The notes beneath the pieces were generated by a model, which saw only the letters and a program-made list of their open reading frames with translations, had not been told where the DNA came from and made no database searches. From NCBI RefSeq assembly GCF_009914755.1, contig NC_060928.1: a stretch of 64,000 nt of DNA, one strand, 5' to 3'. The translations under genes and the position numbers were made by a program. Numbering within the stretch: the first letter of the stretch is position 1; each line of letters begins with the position of its first letter. This stretch comes from the human T2T-CHM13v2.0 reference genome, Homo sapiens. Below, piece by piece: positions 17,588 to 29,892 of the stretch.

Positions 17588-17716
17588 TTTTGTAGATATT
17601 GACAAAATGATTTTGTAGATATTGACAAAATGTAGATATTGACAAAATGTAGATACTGACAAAATGATTCTACATAATATTGACAAAATGTCAATATTAC
17701 GTAGATATTGACAAAA
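17588..17716. repeat. 17-bp tandem array (TGTAGATATTGACAAAA) with an internal inverted copy
   Basis: Copies at 17591, 17614, 17631, 17648 and 17700. Hairpin at 17669-17705. Confidence 0.92.
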
Positions 17717-17821
17717 GTTTATATGGAGAGGCAAAAGATACAGAATAGCCAACACAATATTGAAGGAGAAGAACAAAGTTAGAGAACTGGCACCACTCAA
17801 CTTCAAGATTTACTATAATTA

Positions 17822-18172
<351 letters not shown>

Positions 18173-20348
18173 TCAAAAATAGTCCCACATAAATTAGTCA
18201 ACTGGTCTTTTACAAAGGAGCAAAGGTAATACAATGGAGTATAAATACAGTCTTTTCAACAACTGCTTCTAGGGGTGCCAGACTCAACAAACCTGAATAC
18301 TCACATGCAAAAAAAAAAAAAAAAAAAGAATCTAGAGACAGACCTTATACTCTTCACAAAATTAACTAAAAGCAGATCATATATCTAAATATAAAATTCA
18401 AAACTGTAAAATTCCTAGGAGATAACATAGAAGAAAACCTAGAAGACCTTGAGAATGGTAATGACATTTTAGATACAACAGCAAAGGCATGATCTATGTT
18501 GGAAATCATTCATATGTTGGACTTCATTAAAATTAAAACCTTTTTGCTCTGCTAAAGGAAATGTTAAGAAAATGCGAGACATCATACACTGCAAGAAAAT
18601 ATTTGTAAAAGATACATCTGACAAAGAATCATTTTCCAAAGTATACAAAAAACTCTTAAGACTCAACAGTAAGAAAAAAACAACCCAATTAAAAAACATG
18701 TTAAAGACCATAATAAGAAGCACCTCCCAAAAGAAGATATACAGATGGGAAATAGCATATGAAAAGATGCTTCCCATCATATGTAATTACAGGAGTATAA
18801 ATTAAAACAACAATGAGATACCACTAGAAATGTATTTGAATTGCCAAAATCCAAAACACTCATAACACTGAATTCTGGTGAAGATGTGGAACAACAGAAA
18901 CTCCTATGCATTGCTGTTGAAAAAGGCAAAATGGTACAACCAGTTTGGAAAACCTTTTGGCAGTTTCTATAAAAACTAAACATAATGTTATCATATGATC
19001 CAGCAATTGTACTCCTTGGTATTTATCCAAAGAAGTTAAAAATTTTGACTGCAGAAAAACCTGCACATAGATATTTATAGTAGGTTTGTTCATAATTGCT
19101 AAAACTGGAAGCAACCAAGATATACCAAGAAACCAAAAAACTGAAAGTACAAAGGTGGTACATACAGACAATGAAATATTATTCAGCACTAAATATAAAT
19201 GAGCTAACAAGCCACAACCAATATGGAGGAAACTTGAGTTCCTATATTTAATTCATTCTCCCTATTACTAAGTGAAGGAAGACAGTCTGAAAGGGTTGCA
19301 TACTGTGTGCTTCCAACTGTAATACATTCTAGAAGATGAAAAATTATGGAAACAGTAAAATGATAAGTGGCTACCAAGGGTTGGCAGAAAGGGATAAACA
19401 GGTGACACACAGAGGATTATTAACGAAGTAAAAAATACTCTGTATGATACTGTAATGATGGACACGTGTCATTATACATACATTTGTTAAAACCCCTAGA
19501 ATGTACAATATCTAGAGTGAACCCTCATATAAACTACAAACTTTGGGGAATTATGATGTGTCAGTGTAGGTTCATCAAGTGCAACAAATATGCCACTCTG
19601 GTGAGAGACGTAAATAAGAGGAGAGGCTGTGTGTCGGGGTGGGTAGGGAACATATGCAGTATCTCTGTGTCTTCCTCTTCATTTGGCTGTGAATCTAAAA
19701 CTGCCCTAAAAAAGTCTTTCTTAAAAAGAGTCCAGAACAAAGACAAAACGTACATTTGTTGATATGGAACCTAGGTAGTCTGAAGTTTGCATACTTTCAT
19801 CTATAGCTTAATCTCCCCACCTATTTTCCTCCACCATCTTTGTAGTAAATTTGAACTATTCTGTATCTACAAAAAAAAGCCTTGAAATTTCCTCACAGCT
19901 TATTCTTATAAAATCCTCTCAGTTTACAATTCGTTCTCTTGACTGTTCTACTTCCTTACTCTACCAGTCCCAGATTATCCGCCTCCATGATGAATCATTT
20001 TTTCTTCTAGGACCATGAAACATATAATCTCTATCATCTGCATGGCAAATTGTCACGTATTTGTCCACTGGGTATTCTTTCTGATGTTGCTGTTGTTATT
20101 TTCACATGTTCATGTGTCTGTCTCATTTCCCTTCATTATTCATTCATGCATTCATTCATTTGCCCTACATACACCCATTCTATATTCTGCATCCTTGTGC
20201 TTGACACTGAAGATTAGACCACAGAGCAAGACTCTTTCCATGCTTTGTAACTCACCGTAAGTGTACTTCTAATACACAAGATCAATCAAGAAGGCTATTA
20301 TAAACCTTTGTGACCTGAAACCCTCTGAAGGCTGTTTGTATTGATATG

Positions 20349-20532
20349 GTGGTATGGACTGAATGTTTGTGTCCCCTCAAAATTTATATGCAGAAGCCCT
20401 AAATCCAATGTGATAATATTGGGAAGTGGGGCCTTTGGGAGATAATTAGATTTCGAGGAAGTCATGAAAGTGGGTTCCTCATGATGGGATTAGCTCCCTT
20501 ATGAGAAGAGAACAGAGCAGGCTCTCTCTCAG
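20349..20532 (+). mobile_element. MLT1A/MST MaLR LTR, 5' half
   Basis: TATGGACTGAATGTTTGTGTCCCCTCAAAATT...GTGGGGCCTTTGGGAGATAATTAG. Confidence 0.8.
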
Positions 20533-20664
20533 CCTAAGGTCTGACTGATACACAACTGGTATTCAGAAATATTTATTGTTTGGTTACTTATTCTCATTTG
20601 CAATAAGTTATAACATATTAACAATATATTCCTACATTTCACAGTGTGGATGCTATTGTTGTTG

Positions 20665-20830
20665 CCACTGGGTATCTATGTGGGAACTAATTGAGGACCA
20701 CATTTACAATGTGCCCAAATTGTAAATGTAGGAGTATCTATGTGGGAACTAATTGAACCACTGAGTATCTATGTGGGAACTAATTGAGGACCATGTTTAC
20801 AATGCGTACAAATCATAAATCAATTAGTTC
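20665..20830. repeat. Local complex duplication (23-bp core x3, ~63-bp unit x2)
   Basis: GTATCTATGTGGGAACTAATTGA at 20672, 20734 and 20765. Confidence 0.92.
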
Positions 20831-22004
20831 ATATTGATTTACAAACAAGGAAGAAAAAGTATTTGTTTACATTGATACTGTCCATGTAAACTTTTTTCAA
20901 TTCAAAAGAAACACATAGTTCTGTCATAAAGTAGATTTTCTATCCCTTTTATTTTCTGAGCTTATTTCAGAAAGCACTTGCAATAGCTTTGCACAGTTCA
21001 GCATTTATGAAGGAAACCTTTGTTAGCCTAAAATGTAGCTGTAATTTTTTTTCAAATAATTTCTACACAAAGCTTTTACACCTTATTTGATTACCTCAAT
21101 TTTTTCCCAATGAGTGAATACGGACTTAAATTCATTTTTTATAAAAAGCATTAACCATTGTTTCTTGTAATTACACTCAGTGAGAGTCGAACAATAGTGT
21201 CTCCATTTGAAACAGACTTTTGTTATAAGGTTGAAATTGACTTTAAATTCTTTTGAAATGGCCCCAAAATAACACATAGCACAGTGGTCGTCTTTGAGGT
21301 GAGAATTATGTGTCTTATTATTGAGAGATTGGACTGTGTTTCACAGAAAAATTCTCATGACCTACTAATGTGTTTCAGTCAATTGTTCTGAAAGCACAGG
21401 ATAAGAATTGTAATGATAATGATGAAAATATATGAAGACATTGAAAACTGAGGTTCTCATTGTTATAGCATGTCAGTTATCTTTATCTCATTCAACAGCA
21501 TATTTTAAAATGTCACACTGATTTCCAAAGAAGGAAGAAAAATTTAAAGAGTTCAGGCAATGCATGCTAGTTAAACTTATTGTGATAATACATTCATAGA
21601 CATTGAAAATATTGGACAAAGAATGAAAAAAGAGAGAAGAAAAGCATGCCTAAAGATAGTCAGTGCTTGGCCAGTATATATCTTAGGGCAGAATTCAATG
21701 ACTCAGGTTGAAAAATAAAAACCTATCTAGATATTTTGGGTTTCTTCTCTCTCTGATTAATCAAAATACAACAAGGCAGAAATGAGGAAAGATGCAAACT
21801 TTTAGTGGCCAATGAGGAAATATACCTTGGGGGCATATATGGTGAGTCCAAAGATTGGTGGCCAAGAATAATAGAAAAAGAAGAGATGCAGTAGAACAAG
21901 AAGGACATATATCATCATTTATCTCTGCTCCATCTCTCCATTTATTCTGCAAGTGATGGGCGCAAAGGAAGAAAACCTGTGCAGGAATTAAAGGGGCAGC
22001 TCTA

Positions 22005-22260
22005 CAGAGTCACTGAGAGCTCATTGTCCAGACTTGGATAAAAATGGGTTCCTAGTCCTGCCTCAGTGAGTATTACTTGTGTCCATGATCATGTCACTTA
22101 CTGCTTCTAAACTCCATTTGTTTCACCTGTAAAATGGGGATAATTATGGTCCCTAAATCATAGACACTGGAGATATTAAATGATATAATGCAGAGGAAGA
22201 GGACTGAGTCAATGTCTGGCATTTACTAAGCCTCCAGTAGAGCCTAGCCATAAGGTTTCT
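22005..22260 (+). mobile_element. MIR SINE
   Basis: Core TTTCACCTGTAAAATGGGGATAAT...ATTAAATGATATAATGC. Confidence 0.75.
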
Positions 22261-22463
22261 ATTATAATTAAAAACATATAAGGAATTTTAACCATTCTTT
22301 GATAAGTTTAGTTACCCAAACTTTTTTCTATAATAAGCTGTCCTATAACACTCTAGAACTGAAGACATGTATCCTCAGCCACACTATGTTTGACTCAGCT
22401 GTAGAGAGCTGTCTTGCCCAATGACTGACTGTGGTAGGAACCCCTGATTCTTCTGATTAAAAA

Positions 22464-22775
22464 TGATATTGTTTGACAGTGTCCCCACCCAAATCTCATC
22501 TTGAATTGTAGCTCCCATAATTCTCACGTGTCATGGGAGAGACCCAGTGGGAGGTAATTGAGTCATGATAGTGAATAAGTTTCATGAGATCTGATGATTT
22601 TATGAAGGGGAATTCCCCTGCACACACTGTCTTGCCTGCTGCCATGTAAGACGTCCCTTTGCTCTTCCTTCATCTTCCAGCATGATTGTGAGGCCTCCCC
22701 AGCCATGTGGAACTGAGCCGATTAAACCTCTTTTCTTTATAAATTACCTAGTTTTGGGTATGTTATTATTAGCAA
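22464..22775 (+). mobile_element. THE1 (B/C-like) solo LTR with an internal deletion
   Basis: TGATATTGTTTGACAGTGTCCCCACCCAAATCTCATCTTGAATTGTAGCTCCCATAATT...ATGATTGTGAGGCCTCCCCAGCCATGTGGAACTG. Confidence 0.92.
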
Positions 22776-24094
22776 AGTTACACAAGATAACTCTGACACC
22801 ACAGAACTCCCTGAGGTGTTGATTAAGACTTTGTGGGTCTAAAAATATCCGACTTTTTCCTCTGAGCAATTGTACTTCTGTACTCCCTCTTCCAGTGACG
22901 TTAATCTCTAATCCTGAATGCTGAACTTCTGGAGAACCCAATCTGGTTCATTAGCGCCAACTATTCAAATTGTCTTCAGGGAGCTAGTGCTTTCCTTCTT
23001 TCTCACAAAATTACATGGCTTACATTTTCTGCTGCTGGGGAACCCTCAGCCATGGATCCTAAGGCCAAGGATGGACGGAGAAATTCCCTGACAGTCTATT
23101 CTAGGACCATTTGAAAAAGAGGGACCCGAGACCACACCAGAGAAGGAGAGAGTTGGGGACCTAAGTCCTGGGGAAAGGAATAACAGGAATTAGGGCCTGA
23201 TTACTGATCTGGGCCTGCTATTTTTAAGGAAAGTGTATTTATGGGATAGAGGGGAGGGGGAATTATTCATCATGATATTAGTTATAGATTCTAGAGATCT
23301 AGAGAAATAAGCAGAAAATAAAAACTACAAGAAGATGTTTAACCTAGAAAAATGAATAATTACTAATTAATTTATATGCATCTCTTTTCATTTCATTCAT
23401 TTATCACTTTAGTCACTCAACACAATTTAACTGAGAAATTATACAACATGAGACACTGTGGTAGACTGTGTGGGGTGAAGCGTTGACTGAAACCTGGCCC
23501 TTGTCTTAAAAAAAGAAAAACTCACATTTTTGCCTCATTATCTTCCATAACAACATAAATATATTTTATTATACATATACCAGATACATTTTGTTTGTCC
23601 TAATCAATTCTGTCTTATGGGAACAACCTATACCTAAAAAGATTGGAGATTTGTATCACATAAAATGATAAAAATTTTGTTTCATTATTTTATAGTTATA
23701 GCTCAGAAGTTCCAGTTTCTTGGTGTTCTTTTCTGGTATTAGAGGTACCTGCTTAAACTTTTACAATAAAGAATGAAAGCATTGGCTAAATGCATTCCCA
23801 GAGGCTTTGAATAACAACTCTGGCAACTGGTTTGCCCACAAAATTGAGCTGATTTATAACAGCCTTAAAAAATTAATTAAATGCATAATATATATTAGCT
23901 GAATAATAGACTGAGTTGGGAAGGTTTTTCAGTAGATAATATCTTGCGGTTAACCCAGAATTTTTTCCCTACACAAAATTAGGGGCATAAATTACTATTT
24001 TATTTTTAGAGAAACTGTAGGCATCAGACTGGATGTTACAAAACAGCTTCAATAAGACATAGAAGGCCATTGCATTCCTCAGTTAAAGGGAATG

Positions 24095-24500
24095 TTTGTT
24101 GCAAAGATAATTATTCTTTTCACAAACACCTGTGCTTCCTTTTCAAGTGCAGAGTAATACTAGGCAGTGGCTGCCCAGCCAAGAACATTACCTGCTCCGG
24201 TTGCATATAAAGGAGTCATGTGACTGATTTCAGCCAATAGAATGCTCATAAGTAAGAATAGTTAAGAAGTAATGGGGACCCTTTCCAACTTCTCTCCCTC
24301 CAAATGCAAGCATCTAGCTAAGTACTCAGAGTCCTGAAGAGATTGCTGAAGCAATAGCTGGGAAGAGACTCACTCCTTAAAGAATTGTTTGAAAGAAAAC
24401 TTCTCACGAATCAGAAACACCTGTTTAGACTTTACAAGCATGAGCTATCTCCTTCTATTTGTATATTTATTTGTTACAGCAGCAAGCATTACCTTAAAGT
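24095..24500 (+). mobile_element. Old MLT1 (I/J-like) LTR
   Basis: GTCATGTGACTGATTTCAGCCAATAGAATG. 3' end TTTATTTGTTACAGCAGC. Confidence 0.6.
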
Positions 24501-25310
24501 ATATTGAAAGCGTGTGGTTGAATGTGAAAATGTTGTACGGAAAGATAGGGAAACATATGCTAATGACAAATTGGGTCCAAGATAACGAGCCTGTTAAAAG
24601 ATATGCACGTCTTTTAAATGATCGAATAGAATTCATTATAACATTTTATTCCCAGTAGGAAAAATTAGATTTCTAAAAGAATGGTAGCACTTGTGGCAAG
24701 ATCTTATGTTGCAAGTACAGTAGATGAATGAAGAGAAACTGCTTAACCCCCATTCTCTTAAAGATTAACATTTATAATTTGTAATTTGCCTTTTTACATG
24801 TGCATCTGTATTAACACATGCCCATCTGAAAATATATTCGGAGCTTTAAATATATACTATAGGGTTTTGTCAAGAATTATTAAAGGAGATAGGATCACAT
24901 TTATTCAATGTGATAAATAATTCTAGACCCTCCCATTTGGAGAAGAAAAGAAACAAAAATAGTTTACTGGCTTATAATATGCATGCATAATTTTTCTTTT
25001 TCATAACACAATAATAATGATACAAAAAACACTATAATCCTATATAAGCAAAAGTGCTTAGTTCTGGGTCAGGCAAATTGAAAGCAAGGTGGTGAGCCAG
25101 ACTCAGCACCATATTGATGAGAATCACACCTTAATAGATGGAGAAGCAAGTAGAAAGGGGTTTAGATGATCTTACATAACAGAGGCTTTTAATCAAGCTG
25201 GAACCCTGCCTACCTCTAAATTATTACATAGGAGAAAAAGACTTTTATTTTAAAAATTCAATTGTATTTTAGGACCTTTCTGTAACAACAGTGTGATCTA
25301 TGCCTAAACA

Positions 25311-25701
25311 TTATATGATCCAAATTGTGCCCCTTGAAATTTCTTATGTTGAAGCCTTAGTTCCCAGTATCTCAGAATGTGACTGTATTTGGAAATGGGG
25401 CTTTTAAAAATGTAATTAAGTTAAAATAGAGTCTTTAGGGTAAGCCCTAATTTAATGACTTGTGTCCTAATAAGAAAAGGAGATTAGAACAAAAACAACA
25501 CATACAGAGGGACAACCATGTGAAGACACAGCAGGCAGATGGCCATCTACAAGCCAAAGAGAGAGCCCTCAGAAGAAATCTATCTTGTTCACATCTTGAT
25601 CTTTGACTTCCAGCCTCTACAATTATGAGAAAATAAATTGCTGTTATTTAAGCCACCCAATATGTGGTACGTTGCTATGGCAGCCCTGGAAAGTGAATAC
25701 A
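25311..25701 (+). mobile_element. MLT1B solo LTR
   Basis: CTCAGAATGTGACTGTATTTGGAAATGGG...CATGTGAAGACACAG...GGCCATCTACAAGCCA...GCTATGGCAGCCCT...AATACA. Confidence 0.88.
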
Positions 25702-25914
25702 AATAATACATAATTCATGCATTCATTCCTTCAACCTTTACTTAGCACTAATTTTGTCATATGTCCTGTGCTAATGGATGTAGATGACAATGTAAATTAA
25801 ATTCTCCTATGTCCTCAAGCAAATCACAGACAAATGGATAAGAAATCTCTCCTTCCATTATACAGTGGCTCCTTATTATGGAATCTTGCTATTTAAATAA
25901 AATATATTCCATCA

Positions 25915-26905
25915 GTGATAGGTTAAATGGTGTTCTCCCAAATTCACATGCTGAAGTCCTAGCCTCTAGTCTTTCAGATTGTGACTGTATTTGGAAATTT
26001 TGTGACTATAGATGTAATTAGTTAGGATGAGGTCAGATTGGATTAGGAGGCCAACCTAACCCATATGACTGGTGTATTAGTCAAGGTTCTCCAGAGAAAC
26101 AGAACCAATCATATATGTATGTGTGTGTGCATGTGTGTGTGTGTGTGTGTGTGTGTCACACAGAGATTATTATAAGAAACTGGCACACAATTATAGAGTC
26201 AAACAAATTGCAAGATCTACATGGTGAGTCTGCAAGCAGGAGAGCCAGGAGAGCTGGTGCTATAGTTTTTGTTTGACCCTGAAGCCCTGAGAATCAGCAG
26301 AGCCAATCTTTCAACTTCAGTCTGAAGGCCAGCAGGTGCCAGACCCAGGAAGAGCTGATGTTTCAGTTTGAATTTGAAGGCAAGAACAATTCCCCTTTAC
26401 TTGAGGGAGGGTCAGCCTTTTTGTTCTATTTAGGTTTTCAACAAATTGGAGGAGGCCTGCCCACATTAGGATCATTAGGAGGATGATCTGTTTTGCTCAG
26501 CCTACTGAATCAAATGTTAATCTCATCACAAAACATTCTTACAGACACACTCAGAATAATGTTTGATCAAATATCTGGGCACCCCATGGCCCAGTCAAGT
26601 TAACACATAAAATTAATCATCAAAACTGATGTTCTTATAAAAAGGGGAAATTTGGACAACAAAAAAGACAAGCATATAGGGAAGATGGGACAATGTCTTT
26701 TACCATGAGCATATCAGGCTACCAGATGCTAGGGAGAGGCAGGGAACAGCTCCCTTACAGCCCTCAGAAGGAACTGACTCTACTGACACCTTGATTTTGA
26801 GCTCCCAGAATCAAAATTCTTGTCTTACAGTAAGACAATAAGTGTCTGTTGCTTAAGCCACCCAGTTTGTGCAACTTTGTTATGGCTAGCTTTAACAGGT
26901 TACAC
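25915..26905 (+). mobile_element. MLT1B/C LTR split by an MLT2 LTR
   Basis: 5' part 25915-26072. Resumes at about 26624 (ATGTTCTTATAAAAAGGGG...TTAAGCCACCCAGTTTGTG). Confidence 0.8.
26073..26623 (-). mobile_element. MLT2 (ERVL) solo LTR containing (TG)n
   Basis: TGTATTAGTCAAGGTTCTCCAGAGAAACAGAACC...GGCCCAGTCAAGTTAACACATAAAATTAATCATCA. Apparent 5-bp TSD ACTGG/ACTGA. Confidence 0.88.
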
Positions 26906-28039
26906 CATCTATTCTACACTAAAGTTAAATATTTTAAATTCTGGAATCAGTAAACAAACCCTGCTACTTGCCATTTGGGGTTAGGGGAGTAAGCTATGTC
27001 AGTCCTTCACAGTTTCTTTTCTTGATATCTTTTTATCAGCAATTCACTGATATACCCACTATTCTTTCAACCAACACTTATTAAGTGTCTTCATCCATAT
27101 CTCTTGTATTGTGCTATAAAGCTTATGATAAATACCACTGAGCAGAGGATGCTAATCACAGAGTTAACTGTAGTGTGATTCTTGGGGATATGTCAAACAA
27201 TGAACTGAGACTGATTTATCTTTATGAATTCAAGTTGCTTATATCACACCAGTCTAAAGAAAATAAATTCCAAAAATAATATCACTTTTAAATCAAAATT
27301 GAGAGACAAGAATATCAAAGAGACTGGATAGACTCTAACTTTTATCAAAAAATGATGTAGATACCAGTGGGAAAAAAATAGAAGATTCTTAGAAGATGGT
27401 TATTTTAGAGATTTGAGGGGAAGTAAAGAGAAGAGAGAATAAAAAAATTCTTAATCAAATGACTCAAGTTTATATTAATAATATGAAATATTTTTAATTA
27501 TCTCACAAACTGAATACTTGCATCCGAGTGTCCATGTCAAGGAAACAATTTTGTGTTTAAACCTCTGCAGATCCAAAGATTCATACTAACATCTCAATGG
27601 TTGAAAACTGTCATTGAAAGGAAACTTGAAAATAATTAATTCTTAAACTGCTTAATTTTTCACTTTTCATTTCACGGTTTGTCACTAAAATAGTAATTAT
27701 TTTTTCTTCTCTTGCTAATCCAACAATTTCATACTGACAGCCTTTCACTGGGAAATTTACTTTCATATTACTGCTTTACACTTTAAATACAAATATTTTT
27801 CAAGATGAAATTAGATATGTTGGCAAGAAATATGATCTTTAGTTAATGATTTATGTTTCTGCTTTGGAAAAAGAAATGTCTCTTACATATATTATACAGA
27901 CAAGTGGCTTCCAAACATTCTGTTGAAGTGTTCAAAGGGAATGCTTTATGATTATTGCTCAATAAAAATAGTGTGTTGGCATTTTTACTCCCGTTACCTC
28001 ACAGGAAAAAAAAAAAAAGAAAATGCTGCAATAGTATGT

Positions 28040-28290
28040 CATAACAATTAATAGTATGTACACTGGATTTTGGTAGACCAAACTATAAGTCCTGGATTTT
28101 ATTTTACCAATTCTGTGGTTTAGGTAAGTGGTTTACCATTTATGCTATAGTTATCTTAGCTATAAAATAGGACCATTGGAGTATACACCTCTGAAGGTGT
28201 CTGGAAAGACTGAATAGGAAAATTCATGGAAAGAACTTATATAGAAGGGAAATAAATAAGTGCTCAATAATTGTTAGTTGAGGCTGTAAT
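28040..28290 (+). mobile_element. MIR SINE remnant
   Basis: TGTGGTTTAGGTAAGTGGTTTACC...CTATAAAATAGG...AATAAGTGCTCAATAATTGTTAG. Confidence 0.6.
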
Positions 28291-29323
28291 AATAATTACT
28301 TATTGAGTGCTATTCAAGGGCCAGGGATTGGGCTATGGAGTAAAGACATAAAAATGAGGAATTCACATGTTTCTGGGACCTCGCTAAATGTATTGTGAAA
28401 TTAAAAAATGGCGGTATATGTGAAATCACTTTGAAAAAGAAAAAAACTCTACATAAATACAAGAAAAATCTCTCAAGACAGATAGTAGCCAATGCACAAT
28501 TTAATTCCAAAACATGGGTCAGCTTCTTACTTTGGAATGTTATAGTTTTAATTTAAATTATTGCCAATATTTAATATTAAATACATTGACCACCTGTTCA
28601 TTAATTGATGAACTCAATTATACTATCACTTATGCATTCTCCAAACATGTACAAGTGTCCACTCTGTCATGGGAACTCCCCAGCCATTCTGGCAGCCCTA
28701 TGTTTTGTTTCTCAAGCACGTAGTCACACCTTTCTTCCCCTTTAATGTCAGCTTATTTTTTCTTCTTGGTTGACTTTCTAGGGGTGTTCTATGACACGCT
28801 GAGCAGCTTGTGGTGAACGTACAAGTGTCTTAAAATAATCGAGTGTCCCTACACTACCAAAGTGTTAAATCTAATTGAAGAGGCCACCATGAAAATGAGT
28901 ATCTGGCACAGCCTTGGCTGGGCTTAGGAAAGCAACAATTTGAGAACCTAGATGTTGGCAGATGACCGTATTAAGATCTACTGGAACTGCATTTAAAGAT
29001 TTCATATGCATGACAAAGCCCATCTACTCCTACAATTGGTTTGATTTACAGCCCAAGATAATGGTGCTTCTAGTATCTCAAATACTAAAAAAATCATATT
29101 TAATTGCTTTAATTCACTATTAATCGATTATTATAATGTACTGCTAAAGGACAATTCTTTCTAAGTTCTACAAGCACAAATAACATGACCATATTATCTT
29201 TCCAAATTGCTGACTGTACAATATTGTGGGAATATAAACTACAATATAATCCAGTGGTTTAGTAGCTGTTACTACTGTGAAAAAAATATTTAGGAGGTCA
29301 TTATATCATAGATTGGTATCATT

Positions 29324-29327
<4 letters not shown>

Positions 29328-29367
<40 letters not shown>
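29328..29367. repeat. (TA)20 microsatellite
   Basis: Perfect TA run. Confidence 0.98.
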
Positions 29368-29368
<1 letters not shown>

Positions 29369-29892
29369 CTCAATTTTATTTTAAAAAATAGTAAAAGCAA
29401 ACATCACATGAATTAAGAATGTATTTTATACTTTAAGATTTATTTTCAAAATGTGAATGTAAATCAGATCTTCCCATCACGACCCCAGAAGAATAATGAT
29501 TTATTTTAATATTTGTGATTTTAGGATTTAGATACTACCTACTTACCAAGATACTCACTTGTAAAATATCTTTTAAGAATATAGAGGCAAAATAGTGTAG
29601 CATAGAAAACACATTGAAAGTTCATATTAATAGCCCCTTCGAGTTTTTATAGACCCTAGGGTAAAAACAAACAAACAAACAAACAAAAAACCTCCATCCC
29701 TTGCCTCAGTTCTCATTCATGTGGTTTGTTTATAGGATCAACAACACCGGTGGGAAATTTTACAGTATTCTTCTTATTGTGGGCAGCTCTGATGGCTCCA
29801 AGGTTCTTTCTTGTGCTGAGCAGGAACCTATTTACTGTGGCTTCCATTCAGTTTCAGTATTCCTTTTAGGGCTAAGGAAAATAATTCTCAGA

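Noticed and set aside
20672-20787. Three identical 23-bp repeats resembling a CRISPR array
   Set aside because: The spacers are 39 and 8 bp and are themselves duplicated flank. The context is eukaryotic and there are no cas genes.
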